Assembly: GCF_006345805.1 (NCBI RefSeq)
Contig: NC_043003.1
Location: forward strand, 64,542,001-64,606,000
DNA: 64,000 bases
DNA from: Octopus sinensis
Taxonomy: Eukaryota
Direction of reading: 5' to 3'
Shown: in pieces, positions 38,631-51,649 of the stretch
Position numbering within the stretch: position 1 is the first letter of the stretch
Layout of the letters: each line of letters begins with the position of its first letter
The notes under the pieces: generated by a model
Database searches by the model: none
Seen by the model: the letters and a program-made list of their open reading frames with translations, nothing else
What the model was told of the DNA's origin: nothing
Position numbers and translations under genes: made by a program

Positions 38631-39136
38631 CTAGCAGTATCGCCCGGCGTTGCTCGGGTTTGTAAGGGAAATAACTATATAAGCATTTTTAGAGAGTTAC
38701 TTCCCTTATAAATTCGGGCTTTCTTAGCCATTTTTGTTTTGGTGTCTTCAAGCCATGAAGTCGTTGTTCTAAAAGAACGCTGATTTCCTTCACAACGCAT
38801 TACGGCGTTGATTTCTTTACACTCCCTTCCCCACAGCTTCACGAGGCAGGGAAGGGGGAGAAGCAAACAGGTGTAGCTGTGAGCCTTGACGCCAACTCCG
38901 CCGCCATCGACATACGATGCATTTTATGCATTAAAATGGAATAAAAAATGATGTTAAATTATTTTTAAAATCGTAGACTCACCGTTGACGCGCGCTAATA
39001 GTCAGACGGGCTCGATATGAATCACGACTATAAGATACCCGGTTTTGGTTAAACTGCACCGCAAAATGTGGGAGGAGTTAGGAATCTAAATCGAAGGGGA
39101 CAGACACTCACACAACTAGAGTTTTATATATATAGA
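38631..39136 (-). mobile_element. Non-autonomous Helitron, copy 2 (abuts copy 1 head-to-tail)
   Basis: Same termini; several substitutions and a short deletion relative to copies 1 and 3. Confidence 0.88.
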
Positions 39137-39151
39137 TATACATAGTAATAA

Positions 39152-39664
39152 TCTATATATATAAAACTCTAGTTGTGTGAGTGTCTGTCCCCTTCGATTT
39201 AGATTCCTAACTACTCCCACATTTTGCGGTGCAGTTTAACCAAATTCGGGTATCTTATAGTCGTAATTCATATCGAGCCCGTCTGGCTATTAGCGCGCGT
39301 CTACGATGAGTCTACGATTTTAAAAATAATTTAACATCATTTTTTATTCCATTTTAATGCATAATTTTTCGTGTGTCGATGGCGGCGGAGTTGGCGTCCA
39401 TGGTCACACCTGCACCTGTTTGCTTCTCCCCCTTCTTCCCTTCCTCGTGAAGCTGTGGGGAAGGGAGTGTAAGGAAATCAACGTCGTAAGGCGTTGTCAA
39501 GGAGACCAGCGTTCTTTTAGAACAACGACTTCATGGCTTGAAGACACCAAAACAGAAATGGCTAAGAAAGCCCGAATTGGCATCTATAAGGGAAGTAACT
39601 CTCTAAAAATGCTTATATAGTTATTTCCCTTACAAACCCGAGCAACGCCGGGCGATACTGCTAG
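39152..39664 (+). mobile_element. Non-autonomous Helitron, copy 3 (inverted)
   Basis: A|TCTATAT...hairpin...CTAG|T, no TSD. Confidence 0.9.
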
Positions 39665-39794
39665 TAAGGGATAAAATAATAAATGATTTTTACCGAGAGG
39701 TCAGCGCGGAAATAAAACCTCGTAGGTAAATTTTATAAATATTTTATAATTATATACATAATTATAAAATATGTATAAAATGTATCTTTGGGGT

Positions 39795-40403
39795 TTTATT
39801 TCTTTATTACCCACAACGGGCTAAACATAGAGGGGACAAACAAGGACAGACAAAGGGACTAAGTCGATTAGATCGACCCCAGTGTGTAACTGGTAGTTAT
39901 TTAATCGACCCCCAAAATGATGAAGGCAAACTCGAAATACCTGTTTCTTTATTACCCACAAGGGGCTAAACATAGAGGGGACAAACAAGGACAGACAAAG
40001 GGATTAAGTCGATTACATCGACCCCAGTGCATAACTGGTACTTAATTTATCGACCCCGAAGGGATGAAAAGCAAAGTCGACCTCGGCGGAATTAGAACTT
40101 AGAACGTAACGGCAGACGAAATACCGCTAAGCATTTCGCCCGGCGTGCTAACGTTTCTGCTAGCTCGCCGCCTTAGCCTATGCATCATATTCTTTTCTAC
40201 TCTAGCCACAAGGCCCGATATTTTGGGGGAGGGGGCAGTCGATTATATTGACTCCAGTGCGTAACTGGTATTTATTTGATCGACTCCGAAAGGATGAAAG
40301 GCAAAGTCGACCTCGGTGGAATTTGAACTCAGAACGTAACGGCAGACGAAATACAGCTACGCATTTCGCCCGGCGTGCTAACGTTTCTGCCAGCTCGCCG
40401 CCT
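39795..40403 (-). mobile_element. Tandem cluster of three family-1 SINEs (tails A, A, B)
   Basis: Copies at ~39795-39930 (partial), ~39940-40173 and ~40188-40403. Confidence 0.85.
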
Positions 40404-41074
40404 TTATAGGTTCAAATATAACCTAAAAGAGAGAGTTCACCAGTCAACCGATATACCTAAGGAACGTTGTGGGCAAAGATAACAGTGGTAATTTCGCTTA
40501 GTAAAGTCAAGAAAACGTGAAATTGTTACAAATGATTAAGTATATTTCTACATCAGTGGTTAATTTTCCCGTTTCTTGATTCTGAACCAAAAATGATTGA
40601 AGTGTTTTATTATCATTAATGAAAACCTAGCAGTTACTTAGCAATTGCAGAAAATGATTCGCCTACTTCCTTCTTGAGATGGGTGTGTTCTTTGAGATGA
40701 GTGGCTGAGACTAACTGCCAAAGGAGAAATGGCTTTCAACTTCATAGAAATTGACCGTTTTTCTTTCTGATTTCTTTTTTTTTAATTTCGTTTTTTTGTC
40801 TCTATATTTATCAGGAATTTTATTCAAATGTGTTCTGTCTGGTTCAACCCAATAAGCTCCATAGCCTGTGACGGTTATTTTCCTGTTTATATTTTTAGCG
40901 AAAGTTTAGCTCATATATGATATGCAAAGATGTTGCAAACACTAACTTTCAACCCGAATAGATTATGGTACTCAATAGACTCTAAGAATGACTGTAATAT
41001 GAAATATAATTAAATGTCTTTTCCAGGTTAGCCATGGTCTGGGCCAATTCTGGCCGAAACCTAAGTATCTATGT

Positions 41075-43048
41075 ATATAACGGGAAGCTTTATGAAAATA
41101 GACAAAAGACGAAGGCAGGTGGGAAACAAACAAACAATTGTATTAGTATGGCGCTCAGGAAATATAAATAAAACAAGTCTTTAACGTTTCGAGCCTACGC
41201 TCTTCAACAGAAAGATACACAGAGAGAAAAAAAAACACAGAAAGAAGGAGAGAAAAAAATGCGTGCAGTAACTAACGAATCAACATGGCGATCTGATTTC
41301 GGCCAGAGGTCAAAGATCAAACATGAGACGCGAGAACGAAATAAGGGGAGATAATAGGGTTGATAATAGGGTTGAATGACCAGCTATTAGTGCGTAGGAG
41401 AGGTCTGGACGTGTGTATGTATAGGGTTGGTGTATGTATTAGTATGTATTAGTATGTATAAGGGTGTGTGTGTGTGTGTGTGTGTGTGTATGAGAGAGTA
41501 TTAGTGCGTATGATAGGTCTGGACGTGCGTATGTATGGGGTTGGTGTATGTATTAGTATGTATTAGTATGTATTAGTACGTATTAGTATGTATAAGTGTG
41601 TGTGTGTGGTATGAGAGGAGAAGAGGGGGGGAGGAGAGGGGGGAGAGGGGGAAGAGGAGAGGAGGGGGAGAGGGGGAGAGAGAGGATGGGGAGAAGGAAG
41701 GAGGGGAGGAGGGGGGAAGAAGGAGGAAAGAGGGAGAGGGGGAGAGAGAAGGGGAGTGAGGGAGCAGAGGGAAGGGGAAGAGGGAAGGAGGGAGGGAGAA
41801 AGAGGGAAGAAGGAAAGGGGAGTAGGGGTGAAAGGATGAAGGACTGAAGAAGTAGGGGTCGGGGGGGAAGGATAAGTGAGGAGGGGGGAGAGTTGAGACC
41901 AAATGGCGTATAAGAGCGAAGAGAGAAGATTAATTCCTGTTCACGGCGCAAACGGGAATCCGGATGGCCTCTGTGTAAGGACAAACCGAACACAGATAGG
42001 TGTTGCAAGGAGTGACCGGTGGAGCGGAAATGGCGTTAGACCGGTGTGTCGTTCGCAAGGTGGATGTCACGAAGGTGTTCCGCGAACCGGTCAGCCAAGC
42101 GGCGTCCCGTTTGTCCGATGTACAAGGAATGGCAGAGAGAGCAAGAGACGCAATAGATAATATTGCTGGAGGTGCAGGTGAAGGAGTGGATGATGGGATA
42201 GGGTCGATGGTGGGTGCTAGTGAGGAGGGTGGTGTTGGAGAGGTAAGGGCAAGTGCGGCAACGTGGGCGGGAGCAGGGGAACGAGCCGGGTTGGGAGGTA
42301 GGGTCAGGGAAGGAGCTATGGACCAAAAGGTCTCGAAGGTTGTGGGCTCGTTTGAAAGAGGGGAGGGGTCGGTTAGGGAAGAGGTGTGAAGTGGACGGGT
42401 CGGACTGGAGATGACGGAAAGCTCGAAGAATGGTGCGTTGGAGACGTAGGGTCGTGGGGTGGTAAGTGAGGGGAAAAGGGAGGCTGGAGACTACAGGGCG
42501 GGTTCGGGGAGAGAGAGCAGATACACGGTCCGCGGACCGTGCTCTGGCAAGGGCGGTGTGGATAGTGGTGAGGGGGTATCCACGTAGGGTGAAGTGGTGA
42601 GCCATACGTTGAGACTGAGTCTCAAAGTCATGGTCGTCACTACAGAGCCTACGTAGACGGAGGAATTGGGAATAGGGGATGGAAAGCTTGGTGTGTTCTG
42701 GTGGGAGGAAGAGAAGTTGAGGTATGAGTGTGAGTCTCTGTGTTTGTAGTGAATGGAGGTGGTAAGAGTGGAGTGAAGAATGCTAACCGAAATGTCGAGG
42801 AAGGAGACAGAGGTGTTGGAGATAGTGGAAGTGAAGTGGAGGGCTGGATGGAAGATTGGACGAAAGAGAGGAAGGAATCTAGATGTTCACGGGAGAGTGA
42901 GGTGGCACCGATAATGTCGTCAATGTAACGACCATATAGTTCAGGAGTGGGACCAGTGAAATTAGAGAATATTTGGGCCTCAACATAGCCAACGAACAGG
43001 TTCGCATAGTTGGGGCCCATTCGCGTTCCCATGGCCACTCCCGAGACA
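41075..43048 (-). mobile_element. 5'-truncated Penelope-like element (Neptune-type) with RT, Cys-rich linker, GIY-YIG and 3' pLTR
   Basis: GVAMGTRMGPNYANLF, YGRYIDD, CSRPRCRTC, FTCTSSNIIYCVSC..C..LYIGQTGRRLADRFAEH; few frameshifts; 5' end joins (TA)n. Confidence 0.93.
41178..41215 (-). ncRNA. pLTR hammerhead-like motif of the Penelope-like element
   Basis: TCTTT-CTGTTGA-A-GAGC(gtag)GCTC-GAA-ACGT-T-AAAGA; perfect stems, non-canonical core CUGUUGA. Confidence 0.6.
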
Positions 43049-43111
43049 TATATATATATATATATATATATACATACATATACAGGTGTATGTGTGTATG
43101 TATGTATGTAT

Positions 43112-43410
43112 GTCATTATTCAGTTTTATCTCAAGATTACTTGCCAATATAGAAAGAACCGGTTTCTAACCAAGATTCAAAGCTCCTTCATTGGAATTTC
43201 AGCATCAACAACAGGGTATTTTTGTATGTATATATGTATGCATTTTTGTATGTTTTGCATTATGTATGTTGTCTCATGCATATAGTTGCATATATAGACA
43301 TGCTCATATATCTTTAAATGAAAAACTTCTGGGAACTTTTACATATTTTTACAGTTCCAGTGATGGCTTGGGTCTGTAATCTTCGAATCAGCTTTTTCCT
43401 TTCTGGTTTT
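43112..43410 (-). mobile_element. 3' end of an RLE-type LINE associated with (CATA)n
   Basis: KPERKKLIRRLQTQAITGTVKICK then 3' UTR ending in gacatacatac; same family at 54408-54520, 54721-55170, 63331-63443. Confidence 0.7.
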
Positions 43411-43599
43411 GTCTGTCTGTCTGTGCGTCGTACACTATTATCATAGTATCGTTTGATAAGACGTTTGTGGGTGCAAGTCTTGAGATACGTTTGGTTACTA
43501 TTTCTAGAAGGTAGAGAGACCACCGTGGCTCTGTTCGACAACCGATCGGGCTTGGTTCTCTTATAACCTAATGCTATCGATAATGTTTTAATGCAGACT

Positions 43600-43912
43600 A
43601 ATCACCATCACCATCATCATCATCATCATCGTCGTCGTCGTCGTCGTCACCATCGTGGTGGTCGTCATTTTTATCACTCCCACCACTACCACCATCACCA
43701 CCACCACCATGATCGTTGTCGTTCTCCTCCTCCTCCACCCTCCACCACCACCATCATCCCCACCCCCAACACCACTACCACCATCTGATTATACTTCCTT
43801 CGATATCTCTCTTCCTGTCATTATCTTTCAGTGCTGTCTAGACATTCAGATACACACCTTGCCTCCAGGGATTCAGACAACACCGATTTTAAACAATAAG
43901 TTATTTTAAAGG

Positions 43913-43955
<43 letters not shown>

Positions 43956-43969
43956 AATAATAATAATAA

Positions 43970-44007
<38 letters not shown>

Positions 44008-44015
44008 CAATAATA
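43600..44015. repeat. Compound trinucleotide repeats (CAT/CGT/CAC; CAA/TAA)
   Basis: Direct reading. Confidence 0.9.
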
Positions 44016-44179
44016 GTAGGTGCGGTTGGATGCAGAAAGGAACACTGAAAATGCGATTGAGAGCACAAGACCAAGCTAAGGCCATGAATTGGAGGATCAA
44101 GCTGAGAAATGAGCAAGTGTCTCCGCTATGCTGCATCTGTAATAGAGCGCACGAAACCATTGCCCATATCTCTCTCTCT

Positions 44180-44540
44180 TTTACTCTTTTACTTGTTTCA
44201 GTCATTTGACTGCGGCCATGCTGGAGCACCGCCTTTAGTCGAGCAAATCGACCCCAGGACTTATTCTTTTGGAAGCCTAGTACTTATTCTATCGGTCTCT
44301 TTTGCCGAACTGCAATTCTAGGGGGACAAACACACAAACACATACGCACACATACATATATATACAAACATATATACGACAGGCTTCTTTTAGTTTCCGT
44401 CTACCAAATCTACTCACAAGGCATTGGTCGGCCCGGGGCTATAGCAGAAGACACTTGCCCAAGATGCCACGCTGTGGGACTGAACCCGGAACCATGTGGT
44501 CGGTTAGCAAGCTACTTACCACACAGCCACTCCTGCGCCT
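44180..44540 (-). mobile_element. Family-2 SINE (internal deletion)
   Basis: Consensus match on minus strand. Confidence 0.85.
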
Positions 44541-44593
44541 ATCACGAATGAATGTCCTAGACTTGCCCCAAACCATTACAAGTTGTGGCGAAA

Positions 44594-45150
44594 CGATAAC
44601 GTAGCGAAAGTGTTACATTGGAAACTGCGAAAATTGGGGGCCAGAGAGAAGCAAGACGTAGTATGAGCGTAAATCACTGAGAGTGATGGAGTCGGAGACT
44701 TGCAAAACCTCTGTGATTTCTCAATCTAAACATATCACTCCTAGAGTATAACAGACCAGAGGTGGTAGTCGAGAGGATGCACCACATGTGCTATATACTT
44801 GATGTTGCATGCCCCTTTGACCCACGAACAGTCAAGAAGCAAGGAGAAAATAATAGGAAGAAAAAAAAACAACCTTCCTAAGTAGGAAATAACCCTGCTA
44901 TGGAAAATGAAGAAGGTGAAGATACAGCCAATTATTGCTGGGTCTTTGTGGACAGTAACAGAAGGCACCAAGAGGAATGTAAAGGAAATTGGAATAGAGT
45001 GTCCAGTAGAACTGTTCCAAAAGGTTTGCCTCCTTGGCCCAGCCGGAGTAATCAGGAAAGTATTAGATAGCTGAAAAGAATGGATAGCATGGTATCGGAG
45101 GCAGCAGGTAGCAAACCCGCTACGCATGCAAGACTTCGGGAGTTTTAAAA
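44594..45150 (+). mobile_element. Decayed R4/Dong-like RLE fragment
   Basis: DNVAKVLHWKL, RPEVVV, ILDVACPFD, QPIIAGSLWTV, LFQKVCLLG..VIRKVLD*. Confidence 0.7.
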
Positions 45151-45179
45151 AACCTGAAATAAAAAAGAAATAATGATGA

Positions 45180-45475
45180 AGGACTCTATTGTCGAAGACG
45201 ACGTATGAGCATTCAGCTTTGGCCGAACGACCTGCACAAATGGTTTGTTTGTAGTGACCAAGTGTTCGTGCCGCACATTAGCACACTCTCTCCCATCAAA
45301 CCAATGTTGTCTGAAGAGGTGCACAGTGTACCAGATGTCGGTTGCCGAAGTGATCGCAGAGCAACGAGTGATAAAGTGTTTTGTTCAAGAACGCTAAGCA
45401 CCACCCGGTCTAGGAATTGAAATCACGGTGGTTAGATCGTGAGTGCAACACCCTAACTGCTAAGCCATGCGCCCT
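45180..45475 (-). mobile_element. Family-3 SINE variant (similar copies 46530-46746, 53845-54068, 4740-4915)
   Basis: gaagtgatcgcagagcaacg...aaagtgttttg...ggaattgaaa...cgtgagtgcaacaccctaac. Confidence 0.7.
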
Positions 45476-45639
45476 CACAACAACAACAACAATAATAATA
45501 ATAACGACAACAACAATAATAAAAATAATAACAACATCTATAATAATAACAATAATAGTAATAATAACAATAACAACAACAACAGCAATAATAATGATGA
45601 TGATGATGATCATCATCATGATGATGATGAAGATGAATG

Positions 45640-45679
<40 letters not shown>

Positions 45680-45680
<1 letters not shown>

Positions 45681-46208
45681 CAGTATCAGACAGTGGCTCT
45701 CATGGTTTCTGATCTTAACTGATTGGAAGTTTTATCATGTACATTGTTTTGTCTTGGTATAAAAGATGGGCTACAGCAAATATTCTGCTCAATACCACAG
45801 ATTTGCTTGTCAGTTGTTTGACTTTAACGACTTGAGCATGTCCCTTAGTGGCTGACGATATGAGCATCTCTCATCACGAGCTTCATAGCCATGTGTTGAG
45901 AGGAATTCTTTGGAGTTTGAATAATTCACCTTTGGAAACATGGGTGTTTCGTTCAACATCCTTAAACAACCCTTATTTAGGGACCTTTTGAGCGGGATGG
46001 GTTACTCGACCTGAAGAAAATTCTAACTGGGCCCCACCTGCAAGGTCATGTGCTGTTTACCTTGATATGAGATCACTATGTCGCGCACATATGGTTGTGA
46101 TGCATGTGCCTGGTGTACCCTTATCAGACGGGTAGTCATGATGGGTATACTGGGCTTCGTATATTTTACCCCAGTGTCATTTTGATGGCATGCACTGCTC
46201 TCTCACTC

Positions 46209-46210
<2 letters not shown>
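45680..46210. mobile_element. Unclassified interspersed repeat bounded by (GAT)n and a long (TAA)n tract
   Basis: An inverted partial second copy at 63843-63900 (gctcgtgatcagagatgcacatatc...agccac) also abuts an ATT tract. Confidence 0.5.
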
Positions 46211-46243
<33 letters not shown>

Positions 46244-46316
46244 TAATATATAATAATAATAAATAATAATAATAATAATAATAATGATAATAATAATAAT
46301 AATAATAATAAAAATA

Positions 46317-46356
<40 letters not shown>

Positions 46357-47234
46357 CTTCTCTACTCTAGGCACAAGGCCCGAAATTTTTGTGGAAGTGT
46401 CCAGTCGATTAGGTTCACCCCAGTACGCAACTGGTACTTAATTTATTGACCCCGAATGGATGAAAGGAAAAGTCGCCCTTGGTGGATGATAATAATAATG
46501 ATAATAATCCTTTCCACAATGAAGGGGAAACTTAAATCTTGATAGCATTAATTCACTCTCTTCATCAAATCGACACTGTCTGCACACGTGCACAAGTGTA
46601 TCACGCGTCATGTGTCCAAGTGATCGCAGAGCAGCGCGAAATAAAGTGTTTTGCTCAAGAACACAACGTACAACCCAGTCTAGGAATTGAAACCACGATC
46701 TGGCGATCGGGAGTATGGCACCCTAATCACTAGGCCATGCGCCCTCACACACCACACACACACACACAACACACACTTATATCTATATACTACACACACA
46801 CTCACACATGTATTTCGAGTTTTTGAAATTTCGAAATGTCAGAACTGCAAGGTTCAAAGCCTCGAGCCTTTGGCAATGACTCTTAAAAGTTAAATGTTCC
46901 GCACCCCCACAAAAATCAAAAACAAGACAAAAAGGAATAGGTATATCACAAATAAGAAAAAACAAAAACAAATCCGTGAGAGCCGACATAGTACGGGACA
47001 CACAATACGCCTGCGTAAATGAGAACAAAAGTTGCAAGACTGCACCAAACCTGAGAAACCATTTTATGCTTGCTGATGTGTGTATGTGTCAGTATAAACA
47101 CACATACACATACACACATATATTGTTATGTCTTGAAATTTGTTTCAGCACACGAATTCACTTCAAGAATCGTGCAAACCAAACACAAAAACGAAAAATA
47201 TATATACATACATATCTATATCTATCTATCTATC

Positions 47235-47272
<38 letters not shown>

Positions 47273-47332
47273 ATATATTACATATATATATGTATCTATA
47301 ACTATGGTTTATCAGGTATCTGTCCACCCACT

Positions 47333-47369
<37 letters not shown>

Positions 47370-47386
47370 ACAAAATAAAATATAAA

Positions 47387-47419
<33 letters not shown>

Positions 47420-47507
47420 ATATAGAATACAAAGATAAAGCACTATACAAGAAATTGAAAATGAATGAAACTGAAATTGGTGGGTAAAGAAAGGATTGTG
47501 TGGATAA

Positions 47508-47667
47508 TTTTCGAGCACCTTCTGGTGTATTCGAGTGGTTCCAAGCAGTGCTGTTTTCTGCAAATGCTCCACCCTTATTGCAACCCCTATTTGTTCCATG
47601 TACTTCTCAAGATTTTTACTCACTGTTCCCAGGGTTCCGACAATTATTGGTACTACTGCCACAATTT
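47508..47667 (-). mobile_element. Second fragment of the Dong-like family seen at 3219-3690
   Basis: AVVPIIVGTLGTVSKNLEKYMEQIGVAIRVEHLQKTALLGT, close nucleotide match to 3390-3540. Confidence 0.85.
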
Positions 47668-47675
47668 TCTATCTA

Positions 47676-47743
<68 letters not shown>

Positions 47744-47752
47744 AATCTATCA

Positions 47753-47812
<60 letters not shown>

Positions 47813-48564
47813 ATCTATCTATATTTATATGTATATATATATATATATATATGCATATATACAGACATACATGTACATACAAACATATATATGTATATAC
47901 ACATGCATATATGGGGACAGGCGACATAAAGAACAATCCCTTCATCAGTTGTGTCCACTGTTTCATCTACTCCCTATTTCGAGTATTAGGACAAGATACG
48001 CCTTCGTCAAAACAGTTACTCCCGCAAAGTAAATTTATTAAAATTTGAGATTTGCAGAGACTCGAAGCTGGTAACAAAAACAGGACTGTGAAAGCAAACG
48101 GTAAGGGTTGTCAAGCTATAACGAGGTGAAATGGTGAACGCTGGAGAAACAAACTTTGGCAGGAGACAGACAAAAGTGCGTGCTATCCCCGTAGCTGAAC
48201 GAGAAGTTTTTCTATTTGTTTCTTTCCTTGTTCGCAGAAAGGTTCATTTTCTATGTTTTTGTATTTCATGTTGCTTACGTTTTTTGACGTCCTGTCCCCA
48301 TATATGCATGTGCATATACATATATATGCATGTACATATGCATATATATTATTTATATTATTATATGATTGAACGCCACGCATCCATTTCCAAGCTAATA
48401 TATATATATATATATACACACATATAATTAATAATATCAAAGGGTAATCTGAAATAGAAATTTCCATTATCAGTGGCCTATCGTGTAGATTTGAAAAATT
48501 AGAATGTATAAGCACGGGGCATATACTGGATTGCCTCGTGTATATATATTTAATCTAAGGTGGA

Positions 48565-48635
48565 CCTGCTGAAGAAGGCTTCGCCTAACAAATTATTTCA
48601 TTTGCTAAAAAAAGGCCTGAAACCATTGGTCCAGG
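48565..48635 (+). ncRNA. Type I hammerhead ribozyme (solo)
   Basis: CCTG-CTGAAGA-AGGCT...GGCCT-GAA-ACC(ATT)GGT-C-CAGG; GUC cleavage triplet at 48629-48631. Confidence 0.8.
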
Positions 48636-48770
48636 AGTTAGATGGTAAATATTTTTATTTTTCATTTCATTCAAAATTTTATCCCTATAAGTGGTTTGGA
48701 GTTTTACTGACCTCTCTAGCGTGCATGTAGTCCTATGGTGGATACCTCTTTTGTGTTTAAATGTACACTG

Positions 48771-48839
<69 letters not shown>

Positions 48840-48872
48840 GCCTGTCTGTCTGTCTGTCTGTCTGTCTGTCTT

Positions 48873-48929
<57 letters not shown>

Positions 48930-49520
48930 ATATCTATCTATCTATATATATATATGTCACATATACACATACAAATACAGCGGGACGAGAAAAGGTGCTA
49001 GGAAAAAAAGCCATTACGTTATTAATGAGGATCAAAATATCCATCATTTCGAAGTTGACACATTTGGTCAGGTTCACACCTAACTATCATTTTAGTAAAT
49101 CACAGAAAAACAACGATTGTCTTCAGACTGCTACCCACCCCACCCTCTAAGTCTTCTCCTGCAGTAAATATAATATAAGGATGACCTATTTTCGTATGTG
49201 CTTACGTCTATGTTTATATACAAACATACACACACACACACACATACGTTATATTCTATCATACATATATACATATATATACATACATATGTGTGTGTGC
49301 ATCTTTTATATTTAACCTTTTATTTTTTACTTGCTTTAGTCATTAGATTGCGGCCATGCTGGAGCGCGCGTTTATGCACAGATATGTAAATTTACAAATG
49401 TGTTTATGTATGTGTTTGTGTTTGTGTGAGTGTTTGTGTGTGTGTAAATAACAGTAAAAGTGTAAAGGAATATACATACATATGTTTATGTATGCATATA
49501 AACATTTATATATGTATAAG

Positions 49521-49563
<43 letters not shown>

Positions 49564-49666
49564 ATTTATATATGTGTGATATCTATATGTATATATATAT
49601 AAACTTTCTATATATGTATATTTATATATATATAGATATAAACATTAATAATAATATATATCTTAT

Positions 49667-49712
<46 letters not shown>

Positions 49713-50311
49713 ATATGTAGAGATATAACCATTAATATATATAATATATATATAATATGTGTGTGTGTGTGTATGTATATATATATATATATATATATGC
49801 AAACACACACACACGTTTGTTGTGACAGAAGCTTACGTGACAAAATATCATGGCGTTGCCCTCCCACCTCTCTCCCTCTCCTACCTGCCTCCCCTCACAA
49901 CATGCTAGAAGGAAAGGAATGAGTCAAGCGCCCGGCATGCTGTCACTGAATTTTTCTACTCAGTCTGTCAGGTCACGCAGGACATACGAGAGGTCAAAGT
50001 GCAACTTGAACGAAACAGCTTATTGGTTGGTAAATAACGTCTAGAACACCTGTCTGGTCTTCCAGCGTGGCAAAATGATAAATATATACTCTCAGACTTA
50101 CATATGCACGTGAGTACGCTGACGCACACGCACACACAGAAACATACGCATTACTGTGTGTGTGTGTTATGAATATATGATATATATTATAAACACACTC
50201 ATATATATTTATATATGCATATGTATAAATGCATATGTGCATATGTATACATGTATGACTATATATATATATATATGAATATACATGCATGTATGTATAT
50301 ATGTACATACA

Positions 50312-50346
<35 letters not shown>

Positions 50347-50422
50347 TATAACACAGACACACGTTCCAAAAACTTACAGGTATAGCTGTATGTATTTATA
50401 TGCACGTGTGCGTGTAATATAG

Positions 50423-50459
<37 letters not shown>

Positions 50460-50480
50460 ATCCATCTATCTATCTATCTA

Positions 50481-50512
<32 letters not shown>

Positions 50513-50549
50513 ACACACAGACACAATATACATACATAATAGGTATATA

Positions 50550-50593
<44 letters not shown>

Positions 50594-51129
50594 CAACAGA
50601 AACAACACATATTTATTGAGTATACAGGTACACACTCACATATATATGTGAGTGTGTGTGTAAGGGATATCGGAAATAATGTATTTTCAAACAAATAGTG
50701 TGCTGTCACACCACAGATAGTTTACAGGCTAAGATGCCATTGCAATCAGCCAATCAGTTTTATAGACAAATATTTATTCTGTCGGACTCTTTTGCCGAAC
50801 GGCTAATGTTACGGGGACATAAACACACCAGCACCGGTTGTCAAGCGGTGAGAGTGGGGACAAACACAGACACAAAGATATATACGCATATGTATTTATA
50901 TACGACGGGCTTCTTTCAGTTCCCATCTACCATATCCACTTACAAGGTTCCACGCAGTGGGACTGAACTCAGAAACATGTGGTTGGGAAGTAAGCTTCTT
51001 ACCACATAGCTACGCATGTATGTATGTGTGTATTCATACTCATATATTACTGTGTGTATAGAGTTTTACAACAGAACTGAAAACAAACTCAATGAGTTAT
51101 CAGCATAGTAGAGAGATGATAATTATTTC

Positions 51130-51340
51130 AAATTTTTTGCCACAAGGGCAGCTTGTAGGAGGTGGGAAAGAGTCGATTACATCGACTTCAGTATTCAAGT
51201 GATACTTATTTTATCGACCTCAAAAGTATGAAAGGAGTAAGTTGACCTCGGCGGAATTTGAACGTGGAACGTAGCGAAGGACGAAATATCGCTAAGCATT
51301 TCGTCCAACGTGCTAGCGATTCTGCCAGATCGCCGCCTTG
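51130..51340 (-). mobile_element. Family-1 SINE (tail B, diverged)
   Basis: Consensus match on minus strand. Confidence 0.8.
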
Positions 51341-51649
51341 TGTTGTAAAGATAATAATAGAAAAAAAAGTACCTCTATAGAATATGTAAGTTAATTATCT
51401 TAGCCTATCACTGATTCCGCTTTCAATTTTCTTTTCGCCTCATCGCTTATCAACTGCAAACGCAGAATTACATCAATAACCCCCGTCAGAGTCTCTGCTT
51501 AAGCGTATTACTTAACCTCGTCATTACGTCATCAGGAGATAGTAAAGAAAGAACGAGAAACAAATTTACTAGTATTTTATGTACACACTTCCCTTGCTGC
51601 CAATAAAAAACTGCAAAAAGCGGAAATATCCAGACGCCTGCTTCTGAAA

